A stretch of DNA of 53,881 nucleotides, filler included, from Sphacelaria rigidula (GCA_964200075.2; 5 parts of 5 records of this genome joined end to end with filler, not necessarily neighbours in it), one strand, 5' to 3'. Counted from the first letter of the whole stretch, positions 1 through 13,794 are shown. Notes: a model not told the origin generated them from the sequence alone. Translations and numbers: made by a program.

Positions 1-1531
1 GGGGGGGGGGGGCAGAAGTGTTGAGCGGTTAAACGCCACGGCAGTCAATTGCGAGATTGTGTCCACCGACAGTCCCTCGAGTTTATGGAGAAAGGTGTTT
101 GTACGCGCAAATAGACGCCTAACGGACATGGGCTCTTCGCAACAGTGACTTGAATGAAAAAAATAGCCGGTAGGCGAGCAGCAGCGTGTGGCCATGACTG
201 TGCGAGTGGAGCCCATCATTTATGCCCTCGGTGCCTCATGCAACTGTGCGTGCTGTCGATCTCCGTGGTGTGTTCCGGCAGTGGCTATCCCCGCCGTACA
301 GTCCCTAGAATCCCCTCCAATACAGTTACGTCGAAGCGTTCAACGAAAGAAAACCTAATGTATGGTGGTGCAGCCGCTGGCAGCAGGGGCTGGTGAGGGG
401 AACAACCTCGCTGGTGCGGTTGCACGTGAGTTCCTTGTTTGTGTGTGTGTCGGACGATATTCATCCTGCTCAGTGGGCCGCGGGGGGAGGGGCGAAGGTT
501 TCTGCGCAAACCGCGGGTGCAAAATCAAACACCACCCGCACCTGCGCGCGCAGTTCACTACAGCACGTGCATTCCCCCAAGTACACCAAGGGCTTCAGCT
601 TTTGAGCAACAGCTGTTTGTGCCGACCCACATGCACTTCCTGCAGCATGAGAAAAACAGCGCCCTCTCATGTAAGTGGTGTAAAGAGACTTTTGTCTCAC
701 AGAAGGAGGGTGCACTATCCCCTCGACCGCGATGCGGGTAGTCCATCTGGATCACGCATAGTTTTTTTAGAGAAATCGATGCCGAGTCAGCAGGTGACGT
801 ACCTTCCTCGCGGTCGAAGGGTTAATGGATTGATTGTCGTAAGTCGACTGATCCACTACGAATGCAGCCGTGGCAAAATGGTGGATGCACTCAGGGTAAG
901 TTGAACGCATTGCCTGACACTGTTTTTTCTTGTAAAGGGGTCAAACCCCACTCGCCTGCCGAGAATTTCGGTCATGGCTCTCCTGTCAGCCGATTGGTCA
1001 TTTTGCGAGGCCGCTTGATTCATGACCTCCCAGATATCCATCACGTTGTATTGGCCCTGCACACTCCCTTGTGCGACTGGTGGGCATTTAGGAGGAGTCA
1101 CGACGAGATTGGCTGGTCAATTGAGCAGGTATCCCCCCCCCCCCCCCACACCCCCACCCGCACTGGTGTCCGTCCTCTCCACCGCGCTACCCAACCCAAC
1201 AACCGGNNNNNNNNNNCCACCCCCTTGTGGGAGTGGGGGGCCTTTGGGAGGAGTCACCACGAGGTTGGGTGGGCAATTGGGGCGGTTTCCCCCCCCCCCC
1301 CCCCCCACCCCCCGATATATACCGGCATTTTTTGAGACCCTCACGCTCTGTAATCAGAATGGAACTTCTCCCACCCCACGATGTCTTCACGTCTCTGTCT
1401 ATATATATATATATATTTGTATATATATGTATGTCAATCCCACGGCTTTGTGTGCTGTATTTTTCCCTTGCGTGCTCATCTCCTTTCCTTGTTTTGTGTT
1501 TCTCTACTGCTGCGTACGTACGTGCTCGCAG

Positions 1532-3806
1532 GCGGCCGCCTCTGCCGACAAGCGATACAAAACCGACTTCGACGGGCCTTCGCAAAGTGCGGTACCGTCA
1601 AACACGTGCAGGTCTCACCAGCTCCAGACGGTACCTCCGACACCAAGAGCAAGGGGAGCAGTCAGGGGCACGGGGGAAAGAGCAACATATTGGGATCCAG
1701 ATTCGCCCATATTTGGTGTGTACCGTGTACCTTGTACTTGTACTGTACACCGGACTCGGAACTCGGGAGTGCTGCTCATGCCATATATATTTGCACAAAC
1801 AAATTTGCTCTCCGAAAAAATATTCACACGTGATCTACATTTTGTTGACGGATTAGGTTCAGAGAAATACGTGTCTACCAAGTGGAGTAGCGAGGGACTA
1901 TCTTCTGTAGCTGATTTTGCCGCCAGCCATCTTGATACCAAACCAATACTTTCCAGCTGATTCGGTACACAATAATTCAAGTGTTTATTTGCGAGGAAAT
2001 GAATTCGCATCAAAGCAAAACTTTACGTGGTGTCTGATGAAATCGACTTTTCTCGCCCGAACTGAAGGTGGCCGAAGGAGGTTACAAAAAATACCGCAGG
2101 CAAAGTATCCGCTGGTAAAGCATTAGTCAAGCGCCTATTTCTGCAGAAACACGTACTGCACAGGCTCTGGAGCACCTTCATTCATCACACACACACCCGC
2201 GCCCCCTCCCGTCTTGAGAGCACGCTAGCATTTCGTTTTTGCCAATGACCAAAGGTTACTTTTTGTGTCTGATGATTAGTCACAGCTCCTCGTGTCAGAG
2301 CCCTGGACCTCGCTGCTTCGGCTGTGCGGGGGTTGAAGGTCGGCCTTGAGTAGGAGCTAAGAATAAGTTTACCTTTTACCGTCGGTGACAATATCCCCAC
2401 GGCTGTTCGTCAAGCCAGCCCTTGGGTTGTCTTTTAATCGCAGTCGCTGAGCCTTGGCACCGTCGGACATTTCCGTTGACGAGGAGCAAAGAACATCCGA
2501 GTGGAAGATGGAGAGCTTGAGTCACCACTGCGTAACCTGTCTGATTAATTGCACCCGTAGACATACGAAGTGGGACGTGCAGTCCTAGATTATGACATTT
2601 CAAGGCGTGTTGTCATTTTTGTGTTTCGTTTTTCTTCCCTCGGGTGAATGCGCGCGTGTGGGTGTGGATGTATTTTTCCTTCGTGCCGACAATATCGAAA
2701 TGTGGTCGTTTGTTGTTCGGGCTTTGCCTCCATCGATTTGTACCGACAGCATGACGTTCTGTAATAATGATGTATTTCATGGAAGAACCACCTAATGAAG
2801 ATTATATTATTTTTCGTGTCATATTCTGCCATCTTTTCATAGATTGATAATACTATCATTCAGTTACCGTCTGAGACCACCACAAATGTAGAATTACCAG
2901 GAACAACCTGCACGTATTGCCAATATCTATCCGGAACTACAGAGAAAACGCCAAACAGGGGGTGAAATTAGGTCCATACACGTCCCGCCCGGAAGAGTTT
3001 GGGTACGGCAGAAAAAATCGTCCCGCTCGGAAGTCTCTACACGTCATGTTCTTATGTACTCGGGCAGCGATATTTGGGGTGAACAAACAGCATGGGCAGG
3101 AAACACATGAGCTCCACGTGCAGTATTCGAACAGAGGGCAACGTGAGTGCCGGAATGAGTTGGTTGACTAGTCGTGAACAGAGTCGAGCTGGGAGCGCCA
3201 TTAGGGTATGAAAGTAAACTTTGTGAGACTACGAGAGTACCTGAGCAAGGAATGAGGGTGCCCCCCGCCGTGATATCTACTCGTATACCAAGACGGTGAC
3301 AGTCATGAACCTGCTTGCGGTCGGAGGCTGACATCGTAGAGGGGAGTGGAGCGCAACCGCTTCAGTGGTCAAACGCGCTGCACGACACTAGATACACCGA
3401 AGTCTACGGCAAAGGGTCCTTCCTGCCTGTCTCCTGGAGTCAAGAAAATGAAGAGAATAAGCAACTTCAGTACAGGGTTATACGTTTGAAACGCAACGAT
3501 GGACAACATGTATGTATCTATATTCGTTCCACTAACATGGATACTTATCTTATTTGTACTTGTTATTTTTCTTGTTGGACGGATGTGTCCCACTTTTTCA
3601 CCTTTGCGGAACAGTTTCTCGACGTCAGAGGGCGTGCAAGCGGCGCTGGCGTTGCCGGAGATCCCTTCCGGTTATCGTGCAGGCGCAGTCGCTGGCGACC
3701 ACGACAAGAAGAAAAGCAAGAAGATGAAGGCCAGTCGGAAGAGGAATAGGAGTGACACCGAAGGCCCTTTTTCGCTAGATGAACCGTTGGAGAAGGAAAG
3801 CGGCAG
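1532..3806 (+). CDS. Partial spliced gene, RRM-domain (RNA-binding) protein, possibly RRP7-like; exons 1532-1715 and 3615-3806
   Basis: Both exons have AG/GT boundaries. Splicing TG|gtgtgt to cag|T gives ...IQNRLRRAFAKCGTVKHVQVS...SRFAHICFSTSEGVQAALAL..., which matches RRM helix 1, beta 2, an RNP1-like RFAHICF and helix 2, followed by a Lys-rich stretch. Only this frame stays open through both exons. A candidate upstream exon ends at 895 (G|gtaag, compatible phase). The RRP7 call is inference. Confidence 0.6.
2284..2469. repeat. ~186-bp dispersed repeat, copy 1 (intronic)
   Basis: Near-identical to 7230-7416 (agctcctcgtgtcagagccctgg...ggcaccgtcggaca), with only a few differences. Confidence 0.9.
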
Positions 3807-5094
3807 GTAAGCTCAGCTCAACCGTTTCCATTCCCTTCTTTTTTTTTGCCTTGTTCCACGTCCTTGACACGATGCACGGCTGCGGTGCCTTTTCAGGCTT
3901 GGAAAAGAAAACGACCGCGAGTCACTGAAGTCCCGATCCTTTTTTTTGCTCCACACCCCGCGCGCCTCGTTCTGGAGCTCTGCAGGGGAAATAAGCACAG
4001 AGCATGACCCGATCGTTCGTTGGCGTGTTATTCATTCGCATGTGGTTTCCATTTCGTATCCCTTGAGCCACGATTTCGTCACCCGATATACGCGCTGAAT
4101 ACGCCATGTCGACTCTGCAGTAAACATCATGTTTTTTTATCCCGAGTGTCGAAAAGAGAGAACGAAGAACCCCGTTTTTTCTTCAACATGTGTTCGTATG
4201 TGTTGTGTTTTTTTACGTTGTTTGACATTCTTTGTTTATCATACCGCAAAAAGTAACGCGTTGGAAGGTCTGTGTTATAAGTAAATCCCGTGGGAAAAGC
4301 TTTGGTTTGGTGTGGTAAATTGTCGAAGGTGGTCAAAGTACGGTACCCTGAGAATTGAGGGCACCGCAGATCTTCAGGGTTTTCGCAGCAGCGGGTACTC
4401 GAAAATACCTGCCTATATAGGTATTTTTCACACCCTGGAAAAGTGTACTGCGTATAGTACCGACAATCACATTCATTGCAATGGACAATGGGTTCCATTC
4501 TGCAGGCATCACTCTTTTCATTAATCTTGGAAGCTTTTTTCCCCGAAAATGTAGTTTGTTGTTCCAGGGTGTGATGTTTTTCACAACTTTTTTCATTTTT
4601 CCACCTTGGTGTTTCCGTTTTGTTCTATCTCGGCTACGTACGTCTATCATGTGGATAATGATCACGGCTGGATCATGACCCCTGGGGATCAGTTAGTGTG
4701 CGACAATCGATAAAGTGAAATCAGTTGAGGTGTCTACTGGAGGGTAATACAGAGTGCTCTAGGGGTACGTGATATGCTGGGCCGTAAACCGTGTCACACG
4801 TAATCCAGACAATCCGCAGAAAATATGCTTCGTACGTTGCTCATACCCTTTGAGTTCAGCCCATCCCGATGAGGGCACCGGTTCTCCGTCGTGTGAGCGT
4901 TTTTTTCTATTTTTTCCAAAAATTCCCCGAAGGGTGAGTTCATGTCCTGACTGCTGCTTGTTTTTTGTGCCCTCCCACGTATATGCTTTCTTCGATACGT
5001 GATACAGGGACGAAAATGGGGACGAAATTCTGGGATTCGCGGGATTTATCCAGCGACATCGGCGGAAATTTCCGCCGCGAGCGAAACTGCAGGT

Positions 5095-6350
5095 ATTTTT
5101 AACCCGAGGTTGTGTTGTGTAGGGTACGGTTTTTTGTATACCCGGGGTATTCGCTCGGGTATTACTCCTACCCTAATAGTTCTTCGAGTAAGTCCTACCA
5201 TGCCGATACCCGACAATTCTGTGAGATATATAGAGATTTTTTTTATGAGTGGGTTTTGTGGGGGCATACCCGACAGGGGGGAATTTTTGGTCAACATACC
5301 AAACCGTAGGACCGGAATGTTCACCGAACAATCTGGTGTGGCTCGGTAGAGTATATATCACTGTCCCGACCACTCCGATATGGTTTTTGTCGTTTTTAAT
5401 GTTGTCCTCACATTAAAAAATCGTTCCGATATCTGCGCAGCACACTGCACTGGTCATCTGGTGCCGACGCCTTCCGTGGTCACAGGCTTACTGCCCCAAT
5501 ATAGGGTAAAATTAAGTGAAGAGTGAATTTCGGGCCCAGAGAAATTCACACAGGCGCGAGACAATAAGAGAAAAAAACGAAAACGAGATGAAGCAAAACT
5601 CCGTCCGGAAGGGTATTTACCCACAAAAATACGAGGGCTCTTTGCGTTACACGTCACAAGTTGAGCCAGGCTAGTCCCCCACCGTAGTACTAGCCAGGCC
5701 CGACGCTTGATTTGATTTGACTTGACTTGTAACGTTCAGTTGTGATGTGTCACGAACTTCGTGACGTGTAACGTGAAAAGTCCTGAAAAATACCTCTCAC
5801 GTGTGTCAATACCCTGCTTTTGACCCGGTATACCCCGAAGAACACAACCTCGGTCTTTTTTCCTTGCCGGGGGTACGGGTGTATATACCCTTATAAAAAC
5901 ATCCGGTTGCGGGATAGGAGATTCCGTATAACCTCCATACCGTACCTGACAAGTTCTCTTCTTTTCTGTAAGTTTTGTACACTTTCATATCGTTCCTCGA
6001 CAATTCTGAAAGTTCAGTTAGGAATGTCATACTCTACCGAAAATATCCATACCCTAAAGAACATTGCCTCGAAATTTGTTTCCCACTTAACCTTCCCCAG
6101 AGGAATCTCACGGGAGAACGGAAGACCAAACCCAAACTCGAATCCAACTACGCGCCAGAACCATGATGTGTCGACACATGGTGGCGGAATATTTTGAGCT
6201 CATGTTGTTCTGCATGGTACGATTATTTTGTATACCCGAGGTATTCACCTGGCTTGTTACCCGTAGCCGATAGAATGTGTGAGTTCTGTAAGCTCCCCAC
6301 ACCCGTACCCCACTGTTCTGTGAGTTCTGTAAACCTGACACGTTCTTTTT
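5095..6350. repeat. Cluster of degenerate repeat fragments with TATACCC(G)GGGTA / TTCTGTRAG motifs
   Basis: 5135-5225 resembles 6229-6335 (ttgtatacccgNggtattc...ttctgtgag). 5102-5128 resembles the reverse complement of 5828-5855. Boundaries are approximate. Confidence 0.45.
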
Positions 6351-7229
6351 TACCCCCCCCTCAGCTCCGCCTCGCCTCGAAAGTCTTATGGGCGAAATTG
6401 CCGCAGACAAGCCCAATGGTGGGATCACAGCCGATTCGTCGGACGGTCTCCGGTGCACTTGTTGTGGCGGGGGGGGGTATCTCGGCAGTAGTCAAAGGTA
6501 CATTGGTTGGTTCAATCTATTCATGAATTGCCTTTCATGAATTGAGTTGCCCCAAATCCAGAGGTGCTCGCAGGATGAGATAAACCCAATTCAAGAATAT
6601 TGAACAGAAAAACAGTCGCCAAAAAAAACTTGAGTACTCTGCAAAAGGAGTGAAAAACAAGACCATATAAAACGAAGACGACCGCCGCGATGAAGAATAC
6701 GAAAGATTTCGATGTAATCCTGTTCCCTCTCTTATCGTCTCCCCTCCCCCGCCCTGCCCGGCGAAAAACGCCTCCGGAGTGACTAATTTTGGGCTACGTC
6801 AGCACCATCCCGGCATTCGAAGTGCTCTACCGGAATAGTTTGTATATTCCCCCTTATCATTACCTTGGGGTGATGAAGGTTCCGCACCCCCCAAAAACGA
6901 TAACGCGGGGACGGCATACTTCGCAACATGGGGTTACTCTGCGTCTATTTTCAGATTTTCGAGTGTGGACGATGGTGCCAGTGGTGCTGGAAATCGAAAA
7001 GTTTGTTGTTGTGCCTGTTCCCCCCGCGCGCGCTCGATTTCACATCACGCGCTGTCTACCCGTCGGTGGTGGAGAATGGCGCTCGTGTATTCCTTGTACG
7101 TCCCGCCGGTCGTGTTCAACAATCAAACAAACACTTGATCGTTGGCGTCAGTGGGTCTCTTCTCTCTTGTCAAGGTAGAAATGTTTGATTACTGGTTCGC
7201 TGGTTATTTCCCAGTGACAAGTGGTGGCT

Positions 7230-7416
7230 AGCTCCTCGTGTCAGAGCCCTGGACCTCGCTGCTTCGGCTGTGCGGGGGTTGAAGGTCGGCCTTGAGTAGG
7301 AGCTAAGAATAAGTTTACCTTTTACCGTCGGTGACAACATCCCCACGGCTGTTCGTCAAGCCAGCCCTTGGGTTGTCTTGTTTTTCGCAGTCGCTGAGCC
7401 TTGGCACCGTCGGACA
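7230..7416. repeat. ~186-bp dispersed repeat, copy 2
   Basis: Direct repeat of 2284-2469; the flanks are unrelated. Confidence 0.9.
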
Positions 7417-9508
7417 CTGTAAAATCGAGATAAGGTGGAGATCGAAGTGTGTTTGTTCACCGCTTAGTCTGTTGACTCCCACGTTCTTATAGAAGGGATT
7501 ATCCTCTTTTCAAAATCCCTTTTTTTAAAAACGACCGCTGATTGGTCGCTGTGATACCAACCCCACCCCCACAAAATCCGGGTTCCAGGACACCTCGGAG
7601 GGGAACACACACGGTTCGTTGCAGGGGCACATGCAAGGGCTTACCACACAGCCGGACACAATCACAGCTCGAGCCGTAGTTGTTTACTAGCTGAGCGCGT
7701 GGTGTGTGACGTTGCTCTAAGTGTCAGGAATTCAACGAGAAGATGTCACTTGGCGTGAGACGCGCGTACAGTACACGCACACAAACGGTCGGCAGCGACA
7801 CGTTTTCGGTTGTTTCTGGCACGCGCGCGGTCGCTATTCCTCCAATACAGAAAGGATTTCCGTCAAGGACGGGCCGTGTGAAAATTTGCAAGGGCTAGCG
7901 CTGAAGCTAGTGCGCGTGAGAGGTGTGTGTCCGTGCGTGTTTTTTTCGGTGTGTAGGTGTTGTGTTGTTTTGTTGCGTCTCGTGTGAAGCATCACAGACG
8001 CTGTTGGACTAACGACCACCTCTGGAACCGCCGCAATTGTGAGCCTGTGTGGAGATCTGGGCTTCGTTCTGGATCCTCAACCCAAGGCAGACCTCCAATC
8101 GGCGCCGCCCATTTTGATGAAAGCGCGTTCTGCGCACGCTATGGGCACATAGGGCTGTCAGCCCCACTAAAGATCCGAATATCGGTGTTCATATTCAAAT
8201 CAAGGGATGAAATTCCGAGAAAATTCTGGCCGACCAGGTGGTGAACACTACTGTGGAGATCCCTCTCTAGCCTTTGACAGCCTGACATGACCGCACTATA
8301 TCGGTATCGGCGGGGAAACTTGTCGGTGTAACCGGTACAACGATAAACTTTTATGGGGGAAAATGCGGCAGTGATCGCACGAATTATCGCTGCTTCAAAT
8401 CGCCAAATGTACCATTTTTGAGGCCTGCTTGCTCGAAAGAGAGAAGAAGAAAGTTTAGCTTGGCTCAAAGTAGTGTACGCAATTTTTGCGCCATTACACG
8501 TGTTGGGGTGCAATGCAACGCTGATCACAAGGCCCAGGGATAGATTTGGCCTGTACAAATCAATTGCACTAAACTGAAGTAATTTACAGACGATTCATTG
8601 TTCGCTTGACCCTTCGAATCTCGGAAAGTTATATGCATGTGTTTGTTTTTTCTGGGACAGGGCGGGGGTGCACCAAAAAATGTGTTTCCCACATCCGTGT
8701 ATTGTACCCGAGCGTACTCTAAAACCAAATAGAAGAAACTCCAGGACACAGTTTTGTCTTACATATATATATAACCTTTTGGCGAGAAAAAAAAGTCCAA
8801 AGCCACCCGTTTGTTTTTACAAGTCGACCACCTCTCGTCGGGCTTATCAAGAAGTCTTGTTTTTCACTTCTGGATGCGTACCCCTATGTGAGGAGTTTCA
8901 TCTCGTTTCCGCGCCTCGAATACGTGTGGAGGTGACTGGCACAAGAAGCCAAACTGAATCGGTGCGGTGGCGATGGGGGCTGTTTCTTTTTTTTCGGGCG
9001 TTGACCCCCTCCGCTTCCTCGACATGAGTCCGGGGTCTCAAGAGATGAACCCGTCTCTCCCCCGGTACACGCCTTGCATTTTGGTCTAATAGTCGTAAAT
9101 TCGTTATTTTTATATTTTATTTTGGATATTTAAAACAATGATTACTAGTTGGTAAAGTTTTGAGAAATATTTTACACAAATCTAAACAAAAAAAAATATT
9201 GAATTATGATACTTGAGGGACAATGACGATTATACTAATAATATTGGGGAAAAAAGGATATTCATTACCAACAGAAGAAACAGCTCGCGGATTGGGTCAG
9301 GCCTCCCGCACCACGTTAACCCATGTCGCACAAACTCGGTCAACTACTTTGATACGATCGGCAACACCAGGGAAGAACTCTGGCAGGTACAAGTAGCGCT
9401 GGTGGGAGATGGATTGATACCTCGAGACTACGCACGGACTCATCCCGAGGGAGGACACGGGTTGTAACATGAGGGGGAAATAAGAAGGAAACATCTGACA
9501 ACTTTCTA

Positions 9509-9740
9509 CGATAGCCCCCCGCCCAAAACTAGCCGAAACGTGTCACGAAGAAAGTGGTCATACAGCGCCTGATGTTTGGTTACAGTTTTCATGCAGTGCC
9601 TCATATGAACGACATTGGCGAAAATGAAGCCAGGCGTGAGAATTCCGAGTTGCTCGTTTTGCTTGGCTATTGTCATTTCGACTTTACACGTAGATTTTGC
9701 CTACACAAACCAGCCACTTTTGTGGGGGGGGAGGCTATCG
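9509..9740. mobile_element. MITE (~230 bp), copy 1
   Basis: Terminal inverted repeats CGATAGCCCCC...GGAGGCTATCG, preceded by TA. The body aligns by eye along its length with 20442-20667. Confidence 0.7.
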
Positions 9741-10697
9741 CGACGAGCAATTTCGACTGCATCAAAACTGGAAGCTCGTCATACTTGTACGGCAGTAGTA
9801 AGTATTAACTTGTTTTTCTTGTCCCCTTTGGTATGAACGCCTACACCTTCTTGCGGTATACGTGTACGTACCAGCCGAGGTCACACAGGATTATTTTTTT
9901 TCCTCATCTCTCTCGTCCTTTTTCCTTCGTCGATAGAGTGATGACGCGGTAGCCCCTCTCAGAAAAGTGACTCGTTTGAGAAGGCAAAACGTACATGTAA
10001 ATCAAAATGGCGGAAGCCGAGCGCACCAAGCAGTTGGGAGCTCCCACGCTTGGGATCGTTTTTGCCAATGTTGCCCATATGAGGCGCTACATGCAGTGTG
10101 AAACCAGCTGCAATGCGCCAAATGGCCGTGTTCCAGCCGGTTTCGGGACTGGTTTGGAGTTAAGTGGCATTACTCGATAGATGAAGTCCTAGTGGCCATT
10201 GTAAAACATTCAAGTAGATGCTAAGGATGATTTTGAAAGGTTCGTATTTGAGGGTACCGTGCCGCAGGCTACCTCGGGTGTAAGCTTTCGAAGATGCCGA
10301 TTATTCTAGCGAATACCTGTCGTATCCTCCCGGAAAAACACCAAGCTTGAAAGAGAGAAGTGCACGAAACACCAAGCCATACCCCAACGCACCTCTGGAG
10401 AGGCGAAAAGAAGATGAAAAATCACGTGTGCCTTGCTGTTCGCACTTTCTGTGTAGTTGCTTTCCCCTGCGCTTGTTGTGCGGCCGCATTCCAACTATTT
10501 GCTAGGGATGGGTACTGGGGCAGACAGCCAGGATCCGGTATATTGGTGGCGCGGCGAACCCGCGACCAGCGCCCCCCCCCCCCGACTGCTGAGGGGGCCC
10601 CGCTGGAGGCGCTTTTATACGCGATTTAGCTTCACTAGAGCCTCTATCTATTTTATTTTATTTTGGTTTCTTCTGCTAGCCTGTGACCACGGAAGGC

Positions 10698-10797
10698 NNN
10701 NNNNNNNNNNNNNNNNNNNNNNNNNNNNNNNNNNNNNNNNNTTAATTAATTAANNNNNNNNNNNNNNNNNNNNNNNNNNNNNNNNNNNNNNNNNNNN
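10698..10797. other. Artificial contig spacer (44N-TTAATTAATTAA-44N)
   Basis: Identical 100-bp spacers also occur at 21495-21594, 32291-32390 and 43087-43186. Confidence 0.97.
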
Positions 10798-11100
10798 GAA
10801 ATTTCGAGCAACAAATGGCCCAAAATACCCCCCCCCCCTATCGTAGGATGACTCCCACGTAGCTGTCCGTTGCCCCTTCTTATCAGTCTTACCTTGTTGG
10901 GTTGGCCAGAGGATAAACACGATTCCGAACCTGGAGGAGACAAGGCCCCCCTATGTCACACTGTCCAAGCCACCACCATCCATTATTCCCAGGGCGAGAA
11001 GGCGCCCCGCAGCCTACAACAACAGTGTAGCATACGTCCTCGCGACTCCTCCCACTCTGACAGCCTTTTTTCCCGCGCAGGGGCGGTCGTTTCGCGTCAA

Positions 11101-12428
11101 ACACATGGACAGATAGCACCCTGTAGGACACCTCTACAGGGTTCAGCAACCCTGGACAGGATGTACAAACTCAAGTACCTCTACCAGCATTTTGTATAGC
11201 GTTTTCTCGACACACTCACTGTGAGCAGCCCTGTGGATGCACTCCTAATTTGAAAATTCAACGCGTTACATATGTAGAGCGCCCATGGATTGACCACTCT
11301 GCACGTGCAGCAGGGGGGTAGACGTGTTTACCCAATGCTGGATACAAAAATACCCAGGAGAGGTACATTTCAACAGAATATGGTATTAGAGGACTCCCTC
11401 CCAAAACGGTCTGTTATTTTCGTGCTGTGGCTGTTTTGAGTTGTCACGTGCTTGCTGGTCATGACTGTATACTGTAAAACGATCTACCTCACTCAGCTGC
11501 ATGGCAGTATGCAACACCCCCATTTACAGTATTTAAACTGAGAGGCATCCACACTGTACAGCCATACGTATAACGCATGCCGCCGCGCTAATTCTGCAGT
11601 ATATATACCACGACACGTATCTGTAAGGTATATGGTACAGCACCATACCGTGCGTATTGTTGTGGTGATATCCCTGCTATATCTCGTCGTTCTTGTAGTC
11701 GTTGTTTTTGTTATTGCATCGGTGTGTAGATTTGGTGAGCACGAGACTACGGGTTTCTCGGGATTCTCATGGACACACTAGGAAGGTATATGCCGCAATC
11801 GCATGATTACTACGGCTGAGTACAGCCGTGGGGGCATACACTCGCAGTCAGTGTACGGGGTTCGCAAGCAGCACATGCTGTCAGATACTCTATTTTTCCC
11901 CCAGGTGACATGTGAATCGGGGGGCAATAGGATGAGTTTTCAACTATTTCTTGTGCCTCTCGAATCTCATACGCCAATTTCGGTACAGTATGTAAGACTT
12001 GGCACAGCAGAGGCTGTTCGCGATAAGTCCTCTTTTTGCCCAATTTCTGGATGAATTGGCGGGCAAAGTGGGGATTTATTTCGAGCAGCTCCTGCTGTAC
12101 AAATTCCGAATCAGCCAATGTATGGGATTTGTTCAGCAGAAGAAGATGTTCGAAATAAATCCTCTTTTTGCTCAATGTTGGAAAATCGGCAAGAAGAGGA
12201 TTTATCCGAACAGCTTCTGCTGTGTAAATATGCTACCGATCTTGTAACAAGTAATTGGAATTTTCGAATTGGGAGTGCCTCCACAGAGTTGCTCACAGTG
12301 TGTCGAGAAAACGGTACACAAAATGCTGGTGTAGGCACTTGACTTTGCAAATCCTGCACAGGGGTTTTCGCAAATACTATGAAAAACCCTGTGCTGCTCG
12401 TCCCACAGGGTGCTATCTGTCCTCGTGT
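11101..12428. mobile_element. Non-autonomous foldback-type DNA element with ~160-bp terminal inverted repeats
   Basis: 11101-11260 (ggacagatagcaccctgtagga...tttgaaaattc) is the diverged reverse complement of 12257-12428. There is an internal double hairpin at 12003-12224 and no convincing ORF. Confidence 0.65.
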
Positions 12429-12736
12429 GCACTATCATTGACCTCTAGCATCACCGCTGTATTTGGTTGATTGTCGCATGTGCGAACGGGAAAATGGGGT
12501 TCGGGTAGCGTTTTCGGCAGGGGGGTGGGGGGGTTACGTGCAATGTACGCATTGATCTACTTGCTGTGCATTTTAGATTGATCCGAAACATCGTCGTCCC
12601 ATAAGCAAAGTAAATGCCTTCGGGTGATGTCTGTTAACACCATGAATGTATGGTGTAATGTATACTCACCAAGCTTAGATGGGAGATTGGGTCTCTGTTA
12701 GCAAAACTAGAAGACACGGTGCGCCGTATAATTGAT

Positions 12737-13285
12737 ATGGGTCACCTCTTGATCGGTTGACTCTTAGAAACTGGTCTCAGCTCACAGTCAGTGCGAGTCT
12801 CACGCCACTCGATGAATCTTTGTCTAGGCGAGGTAATTTTGTGAGCACTCCTATGTATTTCGACCAGCTATCGTCTGCTGAGCACATTCGAAAAACCATA
12901 TCGCGTCTTCAAACGATAGATGAGTGGGGAAATCCCAAATCTGCCGCAGGTCCTATAAATTACGATCCTGCAACGCTCATCTTCACACCGGTCTCAGCGC
13001 ACAGTGTGCACCTCGCGCCACTCGATGCATCTCTGTGTAGGTAAGCTGATGTTGTGAGCTCTCCTATGTCTTGTGGGCAGCTATCGTCTCCTGCGGCTTG
13101 CAAAAATCGGCGTTGCGCTTTCAGGCGACAGAAGAAAAATCGAACCCGCCGCAGATACTAAATTGAACACGATCCTGATACGGTCATTTTATGCCGATGG
13201 GTCACCCCTTGACCGATCGATCCTAAAAAGCTGATCTCAGTCCACAGTGCGAACCTCGCACCATTTGACGCATCTCTGTGGAGGT
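12737..13285. repeat. Diverged tandem repeat, ~210-250-bp unit, ~2.3 copies
   Basis: tctcag..cacagt...ctc.c.cca.t.ga..atct.tgt recurs near 12775, 12992 and 13235. atgggtcacc recurs at 12737 and 13197. cagctatcgtct and acgatcctg each occur twice. Confidence 0.65.
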
Positions 13286-13794
13286 TGTGCACTTGTAAGA
13301 TGTTTGATTTGACCGTGGGGCGCTTCCTCGCAGTGCACCGTTATATAACGGAGCAAAGCAACTGTCACGAGAGATCTTGATCCACCATGGTTTGAGCAGA
13401 CGACGGACCCGCGTGGGCGCTGCATCGCCGTGCTTTCCATTACTTATTCTGATGTCACCCGCTTGTGTACAGCTCTATCTGAACCTTTCCCCCTCTGAAT
13501 CTCGACCCTGAGCCCCAACTATGAAGCTTCAAGTATAGAGCCGCGGAGCCATTCTGGCTCGACTAAACACTGGCTACAGTACTGGATCCCGGACAGTTCC
13601 TGTTGGTACGTTGTACTGAACCGTACTGGCTCCTACCGGGCTGGTTGACTGCATGCTCGATAATCTACGTATGATATCTGATTCTATGTCCAATACATAA
13701 TCTGCGCAGAGACAAGACGAGCTTTCAGCCGTCTTATGTCTATTGAGCAACTTCCGTCCCCTGCTGCCTATGAAAGTCGATTTTAGGTTCACAG

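Noticed and set aside
1065..1370. Apparent diverged tandem duplication around a 10-N gap (likewise 23270-23430), and the Pro/Gly-rich ORFs crossing these gaps
   Set aside because: Each copy degrades on one side of a long C homopolymer, as expected for two opposing low-quality reads that failed to merge. This is an assembly artefact.
9213..10260. Coding-looking fragments as further exons of the RRM gene
   Set aside because: No phase-consistent continuation with recognisable similarity could be built, and all frames hit stops.
10742..10753. TTAATTAATTAA motif recurring every ~10.8 kb
   Set aside because: It is a synthetic linker inside N spacers, not biological periodicity.
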